In this document: positions 20,165 through 30,416 of the stretch, in pieces | Layout: each line of letters starts with the position of its first letter | Numbering within the stretch: position 1 is the first letter of the stretch | Assembly (NCBI GenBank): GCA_963772365.1 | Contig: CAVYXA010000003.1 | Location: forward strand, 96,001-160,000 | Origin: an uncultured Verrucomicrobiae bacterium | GTDB taxonomy: Bacteria; Verrucomicrobiota; Verrucomicrobiia; Chthoniobacterales; UBA10450 | DNA length: 64,000 bases | Reading direction: 5' to 3' | Position numbers and translations under genes: made by a program | Notes under the pieces: model-generated | What the model was told of the DNA's origin: nothing | The model's database searches: none | Seen by the model: only the letters and a program-made list of their open reading frames with translations

Positions 20165-21214
20165 TTAGCGTTTTTGCAATTCGACGACGCGTTTCTCCGT
20201 CATCTCGCGCAGTGATCGATCCAGGACGATTCTGCGATTCTCCATTTCCGTTGAGATGTCGAATGTTTGCTCAAAGTTTTCGACGAAAGCTTCTCGATCT
20301 TTCAGCCATCCGCGCTGTTGCTCTCGCAGTTGTTCCTTTGCCGCAGGGTCAAGTTTGCGCATGAGCGCGGTGTAAACCTCGTTTAGTTCTCGCTCGATTT
20401 TGCCGTTGCGGGCATCGCCAGTAAACTTGTCATCGCTATCCAGACCGCCGCCGAGCTCTTCCGTTATTTTCGTCACGACGACTGTTATTCCTTTTTCAGC
20501 ACGCGACAATTTAAACGTGACGTATCCCCCGACATCAGGGGTTCCACTCTTCGTTTCGTCCATAGTCGAAAAACTCAAACGCACGGTTGTAGCATCCAGG
20601 AACCCAATATTGCGGCCAATTTCCGGCAGCTCCGAAATTCCATAGCTAAAGGAAATACCGGGCGACTTAATGTGGGCATTGGCGTAACAACGCTGGATTG
20701 CCGACACCACCGCCTTGCCAAAAAGCGGATCGGGTTCGGTCTTGCGAATGCCGTCCGGGCCGACATCAAGAACATCAAAGAGCGCCGGCTCCCATTTTGC
20801 CGTCACTTCCACCAAGGCAAAGCGGCGGCCATTTTGCTCCGGTCCCCAGGCAACAACGAGAACGGCGTGGTTTTTATGCGGGCGATAACATACATCGTCT
20901 CCCTGCGCGAATTTGCCGATCACTTTCTTCGCGCGAAGATCGACAACCAGATTGGCCGGCTCATACTGCGCATCGACGAGATAATCTTCATCCAGGTAGC
21001 GCTTTTCGAATTCCCCGGTGTCAAGGATTGACCAATCCACCGGTTCGGCGTTTTTCTTCTGGAGCACCGTCCAGGCGAGCGCGTAATGGCCATCACTGGT
21101 CTGCGTTCCCGGGACCAACACCGCCTTTTCCGTGGTCGAATCGAGCAGCTTGTAATCGTCTGCGACAAGCGACGAGCAAAGAAAAACGCCAATAAGAAGA
21201 AATACTCGCGTCAT
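20165..21214 (-). CDS. Secreted protein with C-terminal LprI (DUF1311) lysozyme-inhibitor-like domain
   Basis: ERELNEVYTALMRKL..EQLREQQRGWLKDRE...MTEKRVVEL. Confidence 0.78.
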   Translation of the reverse strand: MTRVFLLIGVFLCSSLVADDYKLLDSTTEKAVLVPGTQTSDGHYALAWTVLQKKNAEPVDWSILDTGEFEKRYLDEDYLVDAQYEPANLVVDLRAKKVIGKFAQGDDVCYRPHKNHAVLVVAWGPEQNGRRFALVEVTAKWEPALFDVLDVGPDGIRKTEPDPLFGKAVVSAIQRCYANAHIKSPGISFSYGISELPEIGRNIGFLDATTVRLSFSTMDETKSGTPDVGGYVTFKLSRAEKGITVVVTKITEELGGGLDSDDKFTGDARNGKIERELNEVYTALMRKLDPAAKEQLREQQRGWLKDREAFVENFEQTFDISTEMENRRIVLDRSLREMTEKRVVELQKR

Positions 21215-21238
21215 CTTAAAAAATCGCTTTTCAACTGT

Positions 21239-21337
21239 TTATGCCTGCTCGTCGACCGAAGGCACAGTCGCGACATTTATTACCGGCACGATCAGCACAA
21301 CAAGCGGGAACGGCAAAACAAGAATCTGCCTTCTCAT
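21239..21337 (-). pseudogene. Signal-peptide-only gene remnant
   Basis: MRRQILVLPFPLVVLIVPVINVATVPSVDEQA-stop; ATGA-coupled; SVDEQ resembles SVEEQ of 22366..23574. Confidence 0.5.
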
Positions 21338-22369
21338 TGTTCCGCCCCAAGCTCCTTTTTAGACATTCGATGCGCGTCCACGATCTTCCACTTACTAGCG
21401 TCGTCGAATTTCAACGTGAAAAGGAAGCCGGCTTCGAGGTCGCCCGACGTGCGCCCATAACAAGGCGCATAAAGAATTGCGGTATTCGCATCAGTCCACT
21501 TGCGCACCTTCGTCATTGTCCGGCGCGCAACGACGCGGGTTAAAATCCTTTGGCAAACGGCCCTTGCCAAGTTGTGCTAACTGCAAATCCTCCGTCTTTA
21601 TGTCCGACGGTGAATGCAGCGCGGCCCATTCGCCGTCACGTAGTTGATAAAATGCGACGAATTCAACTCTCGTATGGTGCGCGTGCCCCGGGGCGTAATT
21701 GCAGGCGAACCGCTTTGAATCGGGCGCCCATATCACCTCCGTCTGATTCGCCTCCGGATTGTACACCCCAAGGTCTTGATCCAGATCCACAACAACGTCT
21801 GTCGTCCCGGGCTTAACAATTTCCGGCGCACACTGATCGAGACCGTATTTATCGCATCTATATTCCCATTGGTTGTCCGGAGAAACGGAGCTTGCGCTCG
21901 ATGACGAAGCACGGCCGGTTTCGGAAACCGATTGCGCTTGTTCGCTCGTCGATTCAGGCGTTGATGGCGGTGATGCTGTTACGCTACTCGTCGCGAGCTT
22001 GCCCGCGTTTTGAGTTCCGTGATCGACCATGTTGTTCAGTTCGTTAATGCGCTCTCGAGTCAGATGCGTCATCGTTTCATAGCGGAGTGTCGGCGCCATC
22101 GAGCCGCCATCTGCCTCCTTAGCCGCTCGCGCTGCCTCGGCATCGCGGGATACAACCCATGTTCGTTGTGCCTCCCTTAGCTTTTGCTTGCTCTCAACGG
22201 TCGGAAGTTTTGCCAAAACCGATTGATAAGTTTTGTTGAGATCAGTATCAGCTCGCTGAAACTCCGCGCGCGCCTGCGCGTTCATGGCCGCCTGCGTCTG
22301 CGCGCTCGCCGTGAAAGCAAGCAATGACGACGCGGCCAAAAGGGTGTTCGTCAGGCGAGTTAGCTTCAT
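21334..22369 (-). CDS. Secreted LprI + WSPDS-family fusion, frameshift near 21515
   Basis: QTQAAMN..ADTDLNKTYQ..LREAQRTW..RD (LprI), S/T linker, WAPDSKRFA; the C-terminal frame ends LKFDDASKWKIVDAHRMS like 17982. Confidence 0.8.
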
Positions 22370-23574
22370 TGCTCGTTAGGCAAGCGACGCATATTCACGA
22401 ACTCAACCTGCAAACCGCCGGGCGTTTCGCGCAAACGCAAATGCTCGCGCACCGCGAATATCGTTTCGCCCCTATGTTCGCCCAGTCCTGAGTTAGTCAT
22501 TGACGCGTTTAGATCGATCAGGCCGTCATCACTTACTTTATTGATGTAGATGGAAAGGCCGCCGCCGATCTTGGGATCGAGCCGTTTTCTGACAAAGGCG
22601 TAAGTTTTCTTTTCGATGGCTTTGTCCAGATCCACTGCGCCGGCAAACTTCGGCCCTGGTTTAATCTTTCCCGCGACGCAGGCGGTGGACGCCCATTTGT
22701 CATCCCACAGTTGCACAAACTCAAGCGAGTCCGGCGACCATGCGACGACACATTGTCGATGATTGTAACGCCGACTGGTGCCGAAATAATTGCAGCCTGT
22801 TTCCCCGAGAATCGTCTTACTCGCAAGGTCAACAACGTAGTTGCGTAAACCCTCCTCTCCCTCTGTCAGCCCCTCGCCCATTCGCTGGAGAAAATCGTTC
22901 CAATCAACGTCCTTTTGGGCGAATCCCAGCGCAATGGCATAGCGTCCATCCAGCGACGCCGTGCCATGGATCACACGATACTTGCCTGAGTCGCCTTGAA
23001 CGTTCGCGAACGGGTCGAAAAATTGAGGCGGACCGACTTTCCTCAGTGCGGGGTCGAGTTCGTGCGATTCATCTAAAAAATCTTCCGTGTCGCTATCCGG
23101 GTTGGTCTGCTTGGAAACATCGACCACCGCATTTGGAAAATGGACAGTGTCAGTCGGTTCACCGGGCTTGAATCGCGCGCTCTTTCTCGATTCGCGAATC
23201 AGTCCGTAGTAGCCTCGCTCGGTTCGGCCGAAATATTTTCGGGATTCTTCCACTTGCGTACCGCCGTCAGGCAATGGCGTGTCCTTGCGCGTGAGTTTGA
23301 ACAGACCGCTCCAGGCGACGTCACTATGCAAATCGTACGGGATGTATTCCGTGAGCTCGCGTCCAGAGGCATCGTTGCGTTCCATCGCGACTTTGATCAG
23401 GTCCTCCGCACCGTTGTACCATTCTTGTTTAACGGTTGTCGCGCCGCCAGATTCGCTCTTGCTGACGCAATGAATTGAACGAGCGAGTTGCTCTTCGACC
23501 TGGCGGTAACGCTCCGCCAACATTTTCACCTGCTCCTCCACTGAGAGCGCGCCTGATGCGCTGCACGCGATCAC
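22366..23574 (-). CDS. Secreted two-domain protein, WSPDS family (start uncertain)
   Basis: SLDGRYAIALG, NYVVDL, VAWSPDS, DKW shared with 20165 and 25063. Confidence 0.78.
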   Translation of the reverse strand: MIACSASGALSVEEQVKMLAERYRQVEEQLARSIHCVSKSESGGATTVKQEWYNGAEDLIKVAMERNDASGRELTEYIPYDLHSDVAWSGLFKLTRKDTPLPDGGTQVEESRKYFGRTERGYYGLIRESRKSARFKPGEPTDTVHFPNAVVDVSKQTNPDSDTEDFLDESHELDPALRKVGPPQFFDPFANVQGDSGKYRVIHGTASLDGRYAIALGFAQKDVDWNDFLQRMGEGLTEGEEGLRNYVVDLASKTILGETGCNYFGTSRRYNHRQCVVAWSPDSLEFVQLWDDKWASTACVAGKIKPGPKFAGAVDLDKAIEKKTYAFVRKRLDPKIGGGLSIYINKVSDDGLIDLNASMTNSGLGEHRGETIFAVREHLRLRETPGGLQVEFVNMRRLPNEQ

Positions 23575-23660
23575 GAGAACTCCAATGACGACGGACAGCC
23601 GAATCAGACCCGAACGCGCGCCGCTAATGGGGAATCCCGCTGGGAGTTCGACTTCGGCTG

Positions 23661-25049
23661 CTACTTCTTCTTCAGTTTTCGTAACGCTTCCTTTGCTGTC
23701 TCTGAGTATTGGCCGTTCGGCTCCAGTTTTAGAGCGTCTTCGTAGTATTTTCGTGCGCTTACTAAGTCTTTCATCTCAGCGCTGATCTGTCCGAGGGCAA
23801 TCAACGCGGCAGCGGATTTCGGATCGAGTTGGTGCGCTTTTTCGAGAAACTCGCGCGCCTTCTGCCATTCGCCAAGGTCAGCGTAATAACCGGCTGCATC
23901 AGTGAAGCCTTCCGCACGATTTGGATATTGCTGTGTCGCCAGGCGCGAAATCTCGAACCAGCGTTTATCGTCCTCAGCGTTCTCCTTTTTCTCGTAATAC
24001 AAACCATATTCATGCAGCTTTTCCGGGACGAATTTGTCGGCCGGCTCTTTGACCGGTTCGCCTTGCCACTTGAGCTGCGCCGGATGCTCACGCGAGTAAG
24101 CGACCATCTTCTTCAACGTCGCCAACTCATTGTCGAAATCTCCGCTCTCTTGATAAATGAACGCGAGGCCGCACCAGATATCGAGGCGATCGGGAAATTT
24201 CGTCGTTGCTTCCTGAAGAAGATCGGCCGCCCGCGTCATATTCCCTTTATCTTGCTCGAACGAAATGCTCCCCGTCTGCTTTCCCGTCTTCTTATCAGTC
24301 AACTTAAAATCGCCTGGGCCCGGTTTCTTTGTCGAGATGACTACCTGGCCTTGATTAAAATAATAATTCGCGCTTGTGATCCACGCGTCGGGATCGTCAG
24401 GCGCCTTCTTGCGCCATTCGGTCAGCAACGGCTCGATTTCCGCTTCCGCATGCTGATCTTTTAGCTTGTCGTAACGAGCGGCATAATCGTTGCCACTTGC
24501 CATCGCGGACTTCGGTTCGAGATAAACGAGGGTTTTCAGGACTTTCTCGAGTTCATCGGAATCTTTTTGGTAGCTAGCCTTATCGCGCGAGGTGAGAACA
24601 ATGAGAGCGACCCCACGCGGAAGTTGGATGTAGCCCACGCGCTCCCACTGCGAGTAAGTCTTCGTCGCAGGATATTCGTTAATAAAATAATCGTGGCCGT
24701 CCCTGGTTTTGCCGGACGCGATCTTCTCCTTCGGTCGTCCATGGATCTTCTCCATGTCTTTGATCGCCATTGCCACAAACGCGTTTACTCCTTCAAATTC
24801 CGTGCCAGCAATGTTGGCATACATCACCGTCTTCGCGTCCGACCACGACGAACCTTTCGGATATAGCACACAGGGCATGCTCTGTTCTTTTCCTGCCTCA
24901 TTGTCGACAACCCAGCCTTCGGGTGCACTGATATTAAACCCCGCTTTGGGGCCGTAAACGGTTCCGCCCGGCGACGTCTCCTGAGCGAGCATAGACGGAC
25001 AGATGGCACCGAGCGCGAGGGACGCGAGAATGCATATTTTGCTTTTCAT
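23661..25049 (-). CDS. Secreted TPR-repeat protein
   Basis: Signal peptide MKSKICILASLALG; C-terminal TPRs (AREFLEKAHQLDP, ARKYYEDALKLEP). Confidence 0.82.
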   Translation of the reverse strand: MKSKICILASLALGAICPSMLAQETSPGGTVYGPKAGFNISAPEGWVVDNEAGKEQSMPCVLYPKGSSWSDAKTVMYANIAGTEFEGVNAFVAMAIKDMEKIHGRPKEKIASGKTRDGHDYFINEYPATKTYSQWERVGYIQLPRGVALIVLTSRDKASYQKDSDELEKVLKTLVYLEPKSAMASGNDYAARYDKLKDQHAEAEIEPLLTEWRKKAPDDPDAWITSANYYFNQGQVVISTKKPGPGDFKLTDKKTGKQTGSISFEQDKGNMTRAADLLQEATTKFPDRLDIWCGLAFIYQESGDFDNELATLKKMVAYSREHPAQLKWQGEPVKEPADKFVPEKLHEYGLYYEKKENAEDDKRWFEISRLATQQYPNRAEGFTDAAGYYADLGEWQKAREFLEKAHQLDPKSAAALIALGQISAEMKDLVSARKYYEDALKLEPNGQYSETAKEALRKLKKK

Positions 25050-25062
25050 GTCAGAATGATGA

Positions 25063-26121
25063 TTACTCCTTGGTCTTTTCCGAGCTGCTCTTACTTCTCT
25101 TGCGGAGCCTGCCCGAAACGTTATTCGAAATAAACTTCGCCTGCGGAATGTCCCAAACCGCCTCGACGTGGCCACGCCATGCGCGATCGGAAGAGCGCAA
25201 CACATCATCCGTTATATTCGGGCTGGTTTCGGCCGATGCATCGATCAGGACCCGGCCGGTGCCCTCGAGTTTGAATGTAGTGTCTTCGACGAAAACGAAA
25301 TCAAAGAGATCATTGTATCGAGCAGCTCTGGCTTTCCGATAATTCGGAACTAACAGGTCGTGCGCTTTGCGCGCGATGTTTGTCATTCGACCAAGCTTAC
25401 CATCGTGGAACTCGACGAGGAAAACGTCGCGCGGACCCCACTTTGCATCGAGCGTGATCAACGCGATCGAGCTATCGCCCGACCACTCCACGCTAAGGTT
25501 GCCGTGGTTTTCGTGCTCGAAATACGGAAACTTCGTTGGCAGCTCGCCAACAATTTGGAACGGATGTAACGAGACGAGATAGTCTTTGATGCGCTCAGGC
25601 TGGTTCGCCTCCTCGGCAGCTTCTTCAGCTTCTAACCTTGGACAAATGACGGCGAACTTTTTGTCGAGCGAAATCGTGCTGGCTACGACGAGATATTTTT
25701 TTGAAAATTTATCCGGCAGCCCAGTGGATGAATCTTTCTCTTCTTCTTCTGCGACGCTTTTGGTCCCGTCGGGAGTGAATTTGACGATTGAACTCGAATC
25801 CCCATCCAGAGCAAAAAGATCATCCGCTTTACCGAAGGCTAACCCGCTGGAGCCGAAGGCGCCGCTAGCGAAGATGCTTTTGGTTCCATCGGCATCGAAT
25901 TTGAGAATCGTGTTAGGGTAACTCGCGACAAACAGGTTATCCGAACTGTCGAACGGCAAAGCCGTAGGATTACTAGGGTTAGAATCCTGCTGCTGCGCAC
26001 AGATAAGAACCGAGAAGGCACAGCTAACCGCGCATGCCCCGATCGGTACCGACATGAAAGATGATCTCAGGGGACGTAGCCGTGCGTGCCGAGAGATGCG
26101 GGATTGACAAGCCGTATTCAT
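25063..26121 (-). CDS. Secreted protein with short NHL-like repeats plus WSPDS-family domain
   Basis: FDSSDNLFVA..ILKFDADGT / LAF..DDLF..IVKFTPDGT; VEWSGDSS, AKWGP. Confidence 0.78.
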   Translation of the reverse strand: MNTACQSRISRHARLRPLRSSFMSVPIGACAVSCAFSVLICAQQQDSNPSNPTALPFDSSDNLFVASYPNTILKFDADGTKSIFASGAFGSSGLAFGKADDLFALDGDSSSIVKFTPDGTKSVAEEEEKDSSTGLPDKFSKKYLVVASTISLDKKFAVICPRLEAEEAAEEANQPERIKDYLVSLHPFQIVGELPTKFPYFEHENHGNLSVEWSGDSSIALITLDAKWGPRDVFLVEFHDGKLGRMTNIARKAHDLLVPNYRKARAARYNDLFDFVFVEDTTFKLEGTGRVLIDASAETSPNITDDVLRSSDRAWRGHVEAVWDIPQAKFISNNVSGRLRKRSKSSSEKTKE

Positions 26122-26360
26122 CGCTGCGATTCCAGCGCTCGCGGAGTCATCTTCCTTAATTTCACAACAGAGGCTTTGTGGTTCTCGTTGAAGTCGGTAG
26201 TAATCTCGGAAGCGCCGCGACTACTGGTTTCCACTAGGTAGATCGATGTCAGCACAATTGAGATCCCGTAGCGGCCAGGCGCATAAGACCCGATTCAGTT
26301 ATTGGATTATTCAGTGTGAATTCGTGAAAAGCTGTCGAAACGTTTGGCGTTAATCCGCGA

Positions 26361-26777
26361 TCATTCATTGATGTTATCGAGCCCGACAAGTCTCCAATCG
26401 CCTTTGGTCAATTCAAAAATGAAGCGAATCGGCGCATTTTCCCAGTCGTTCGGTGTTTCTTTAAAAGGGCAATAGATCTCACACCGCTGCGCGGATTCTT
26501 TTCTCGGTTTGCCGCTTCCGAAACATTGCGCGGCATTGGCCTCGCCTTTGAAAATCTCGTTATAACGTCGCGAAAAATCTTCTTTGTTCTTTACGGCTTT
26601 TATCCCATATGGCATCGACAGCGGAAATTTCGTCATCTCCGCGACCTTCGCTTTATCGCCAGCAATAACAGCCGATTTAAATTTGTTCCAAAATGCCGGA
26701 AACTCGCTCTGCGCAAAAGCGTACGGCAGCAATAACAAAATTAGAATTGCCGCCACCAAAATCCTAAAACATTTCAT
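26361..26777 (-). CDS. Small secreted protein, paralog of 17512..17985
   Basis: Highly similar mature region ending GLDNINE versus GLDNVNE. Confidence 0.85.
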   Translation of the reverse strand: MKCFRILVAAILILLLLPYAFAQSEFPAFWNKFKSAVIAGDKAKVAEMTKFPLSMPYGIKAVKNKEDFSRRYNEIFKGEANAAQCFGSGKPRKESAQRCEIYCPFKETPNDWENAPIRFIFELTKGDWRLVGLDNINE

Positions 26778-28855
26778 TCTTCGAGATGCACCGAGTCCAT
26801 GATGTGATCGATTTCCTCTTTCAACGCGGGCTCGGTGTTCAGATTCGACGTGAACGTGATCTCCAAGAGCTGACCTTTGTAGGAAGTCGTTAGGACACGC
26901 GTGTAAACCGGGCTATTCCGGTAATCCTTCTTTCGCTTTAATATCGGGACGTAACGCCAGTCGGCCCACTTGCGGCCGTCGATCGTGACGATTTCCTTCT
27001 TCAGCCATTGCAGGTGCGCATCTTTCGGCAGCCAGTTGAAACCTTTGGAATATTCGGCGACGCGCATTTTCAAATAACCGTCGAGCTTGTCCGGGGTGAG
27101 CCCGTGCGTTCCGCGCAAGACTTCGCCCCAAGCTGCGCCTTCACCTTTATGCACAAATTTCGCGACGGTTTTTGGTTCTTTGGGATCTTCCGGCTCGCGG
27201 ACAAAATCCGGCGGGATGTCGATCTTGAGTTTGCCACCGAGCAGACGCACCGCGCCTTCGGATTTTCCCGGCACAGGCGGGGGCGTTTTCTCGCTGACGT
27301 CCTGAATGTTCACCGCCATCAAATAGCTAAACGTGATTTTGACTTTGGCGTCGCGCGCGCCCAGATGCATCGGCCCGGAAAATTCGTCGAGCAAAACCTG
27401 CTCGTCTTTGGCGTTCTTGTATCGTCCGAAGCTGATGTGCGGATACGATTTGGATTTCGGTTTCTCTCGTGATTCTTCGAAAACGAATTCCTCTCGCTCC
27501 TTATCCGTTTCTTTACCCAGGAATTTCATGACCGTCGCGCCTTCGCTCGGGTCCTTCGAAACCGGTTCGCCATTCAAGCGCGCATCGATTAAGCCGACCC
27601 AATTGTTCAATCGCTTGGCTGTTTGCGCGTCCACCAGCCTGCCGGTTTCGCCCCAATCGTTCGACTTGCGCCACGTCTTTCCATCCTTGCGCGCGAACTC
27701 GCCGTCGCCGGCCTGAATTCTTTCCGGCCCACCGTTTGGATAACGATCGTACTTAAATTCCGCGGTGCCTCCTGGACCGAAATCGAGATTCGCGATCGCA
27801 ACGAAATGGACCTTCGAATAAAAATCGCGGCTGTATTTTAAATTGTCGGCAGCGAACTTCGCATCCGGCGTAGCCGATGGTGCGCTGTTCTGTTCCGACA
27901 AGGCCTCGGCGCCCGATGGCGGCTCGATCGTTTTGCCGTTCGCGGGCTGATAAGTCGCCACGCAATGCAGCGGTTCTTTCTCGTGGCCCGGTTCCGTCAC
28001 CGGACCTTCGTAACGGCGGACGCCATTGCGCTTGGAGTCCTGACTTCTCGCAATCCAATATTCCATCTGCTGAAGCTTGCCCTTTTTCTTATCAGAGACT
28101 CTGGGTCCAAGATGCATCCATGTTTCGCCATCGCGTCTCTCCTGCTCGACCACTTCGAGCGTGGGCAACGCGATCTCGGATCGAAGAGGGTTATGCACGA
28201 AGGCGTACACGCGTCGAAACGGTGTCTGCTCACCTCCGGACTCCAGCTTCCAGGTTTTGCTTCCGTCAAAGCTTGCCCATACTTGATCTTTGATTGCGAT
28301 TTGGCGGACGGCGTTTCGACCCTCCGGTTCGAGCGTGAGATCGAAGTCTTTTCCGGCCAGCAGCCCATGCACTCGCATTTTCGTTCCACGGCTGAGGGTT
28401 GCATCGACTTCCCAAGTTCCGCGTTCCATTAGGTTCAAATTCGACGCGAAAATTCTCGGAGCGTTCTCCGGGCTGAGGTTGATCGACAATTGCACTGGCC
28501 AACCGGCGCGCGGAGGAGCAAGCAAATGCAGATCACGCAACTTTTCCCCGACACATGCCGCGGCCGGCACATCGCTGGGCGTCAGCACCTGTTGCACGCG
28601 TCCATCGAGCGCAAAAACAAAAACAACTTCGAAGTTGATCTTGGGCCCAAGATTCCTGGTGCATCCGCTAACGATATCGCTCAGTCGGGGCGCGACGACT
28701 TTGGCAAACTCGCCGTCATACGCTTTTCCCGCGTCGGTGTCGGCGAGGCGTTTTGCTTCGGCCAGCGCTTCGTTAAAAGCTTTGTCGCCCTTGGCATCCG
28801 CCGAGGCTTGGAGGCCAAACAGCAATAAACCTGCAAACGCATGTGTCCACTTCAT
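26774..28855 (-). CDS. Large secreted multidomain hypothetical protein
   Basis: Signal peptide MKWTHAFAGLLLFG; several domains separated by P/S/A linkers; DG.KTW motif occurs twice. Confidence 0.78.
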   Translation of the reverse strand: MKWTHAFAGLLLFGLQASADAKGDKAFNEALAEAKRLADTDAGKAYDGEFAKVVAPRLSDIVSGCTRNLGPKINFEVVFVFALDGRVQQVLTPSDVPAAACVGEKLRDLHLLAPPRAGWPVQLSINLSPENAPRIFASNLNLMERGTWEVDATLSRGTKMRVHGLLAGKDFDLTLEPEGRNAVRQIAIKDQVWASFDGSKTWKLESGGEQTPFRRVYAFVHNPLRSEIALPTLEVVEQERRDGETWMHLGPRVSDKKKGKLQQMEYWIARSQDSKRNGVRRYEGPVTEPGHEKEPLHCVATYQPANGKTIEPPSGAEALSEQNSAPSATPDAKFAADNLKYSRDFYSKVHFVAIANLDFGPGGTAEFKYDRYPNGGPERIQAGDGEFARKDGKTWRKSNDWGETGRLVDAQTAKRLNNWVGLIDARLNGEPVSKDPSEGATVMKFLGKETDKEREEFVFEESREKPKSKSYPHISFGRYKNAKDEQVLLDEFSGPMHLGARDAKVKITFSYLMAVNIQDVSEKTPPPVPGKSEGAVRLLGGKLKIDIPPDFVREPEDPKEPKTVAKFVHKGEGAAWGEVLRGTHGLTPDKLDGYLKMRVAEYSKGFNWLPKDAHLQWLKKEIVTIDGRKWADWRYVPILKRKKDYRNSPVYTRVLTTSYKGQLLEITFTSNLNTEPALKEEIDHIMDSVHLEE

Positions 28856-28933
28856 AGAATCTGACCTTCTGCATTGTTTTTGCGCTGACGACAAGACATC
28901 TTGGAAAATTATGAGCGGTCTCATAAATCACTC

Positions 28934-29068
28934 TGTCATGTCGAGCGAAGTCGCCTGGCACGCCGTAGCTTCATGCGAAGGCTGGGGAGACATCCCGCAA
29001 AATTACCGTGAGGTGCGCCACGGAATTCCTCGGTCCGAGCCGGACTGGCATTTTCGCTCGGAAGTACA
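28934..29068. repeat. Family A palindrome carrying nested mini-insertions
   Basis: TGTCATGTCGAGCGAAGTCG[insert]GAGACATC ... TTCCTCG[insert]TTCGCTCGGAAGTACA. Confidence 0.7.
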
Positions 29069-29097
29069 GTTTATGAGACGCTCTCTATTGAAACTTC

Positions 29098-29910
29098 ATG
29101 AACAAGAAAACTCTCATCCGTCTTGTTAGGCCAGCCGCATTCTTGATTTGCGCGGCGACGGCAGCGGCCGCCGACCTTCATCCGGTTGTCGAAGTACAGA
29201 CGGGTTACTTCTTCGGAGCGACTCGGGACGGCAAATGGATCAAGGCGGCACAGGCGGCGAAGTCTGTTCAGGATGGAACGGTTTACCGCGTGTACGACCT
29301 GACCAAGCAGGTGGGCGAAACAAAGGGCGGAATACCGAAAGCCGATGAAGACGTCTGCCCGGATAATTTCGCCGTTGAACTCAAACCAACACCTGAGCAC
29401 GGAGCCATCGCTTTGGCGGCGACGTGGAATCCGTTCCCGCGCAAGGTGCGAAGCGCGGATGTGACTCAGCAGGTTTACATCGATGTGGTTCGCGATTTTT
29501 TGATTCAACGCGGGATTCGCGATCCTAAAATGAGAATAACGAAGATCGTGCGGGTCGATCTCGACGGCGATGGTGAAGACGAAGTCTTGATCAGCGCGAC
29601 AAACTATTTCGCCAAAGACGACGAAGTCCTGTTGCAGGCGCCGCGCGCAGGGAGTTATTCGATGGTGCTGCTTCGACGCGTCGTCGCCGGCAAGGTGCGA
29701 ACAAAACTATTGGCCGGCGAATTCTATCCCAAACCGGATTCCCCGAGCACGCCGAACATGTACGAGATCAGTGCCGTGCTGGATCTGAACGGTGACGGGA
29801 AGTTCGAGATTGTGATCCACTCGATGTATTACGAAGGCGGAGAAACAACGATCTATCAATGCGAGCCGGAGAAGATAACGCCGTTGCTGAACGTGGCCTG
29901 CGGAGTTTGA
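29098..29910 (+). CDS. Secreted protein with two DxDGDG Ca-binding-like loops
   Basis: Signal peptide; DLDGDGEDE and DLNGDGKFE. Confidence 0.8.
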   Translation: MNKKTLIRLVRPAAFLICAATAAAADLHPVVEVQTGYFFGATRDGKWIKAAQAAKSVQDGTVYRVYDLTKQVGETKGGIPKADEDVCPDNFAVELKPTPEHGAIALAATWNPFPRKVRSADVTQQVYIDVVRDFLIQRGIRDPKMRITKIVRVDLDGDGEDEVLISATNYFAKDDEVLLQAPRAGSYSMVLLRRVVAGKVRTKLLAGEFYPKPDSPSTPNMYEISAVLDLNGDGKFEIVIHSMYYEGGETTIYQCEPEKITPLLNVACGV

Positions 29911-29917
29911 TTAAGTC

Positions 29918-30406
29918 ATGAATGAGCCTGCCAAACTAATTCATTTGGGCCCGGGCGAAGGTCCGGCCTTTTCCGCCGTGGGCGACGTTTATCGGGTACT
30001 TGCTTCCGGAGAACAGACCGGCGGAGTTTACGCGCTTTCCGAGATCCGGGTCTCACCGAACAACGGTCCGCCGCCCCATGTTCATTCTCGCGAGGATGAA
30101 TTCTTTTTTGTCTTGGAAGGGGAAGTCACGTTTCAGGTTGGTGACAAGACGATCGTGGCCACGCCAGGGACGTTTATTCAGGGGCCGCGCGGAATTCCCC
30201 ACACGTTCAAGAACAGTGGCAAGTCTCCGGCGCGGATTCTGGGCTACGTCGCGCCGCCGGTGTTTGAGAATTTTTTGAAAGAGGTCTCTCATCCAGTGCC
30301 ATCTTTCGATTCCCCGGCCATTCCAGTTACACCAGCAGATATCGACAAGTTAATGGCAGCAGCGCCAAAATACGGACTCAAGATTTCGCCACCGCCGTCG
30401 GCGTGA
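29918..30406 (+). CDS. Cupin domain protein (quercetin dioxygenase-like)
   Basis: GPPPHVHSREDEFFFVLEG, PRGIPHTF. Confidence 0.9.
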   Translation: MNEPAKLIHLGPGEGPAFSAVGDVYRVLASGEQTGGVYALSEIRVSPNNGPPPHVHSREDEFFFVLEGEVTFQVGDKTIVATPGTFIQGPRGIPHTFKNSGKSPARILGYVAPPVFENFLKEVSHPVPSFDSPAIPVTPADIDKLMAAAPKYGLKISPPPSA

Positions 30407-30416
30407 ATCCGGCTGA

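Noticed and set aside
7640..21520. Single frameshifts in PEP-CTERM copy 2, hicA and the LprI fusion as phase variation
   Set aside because: No long homopolymer or microsatellite at these sites; they cannot be told apart from sequencing error.
16378..29910. Integron cassette array
   Set aside because: No integrase, no recurring attC-like sites, mixed orientations and overlapping stop/start junctions.
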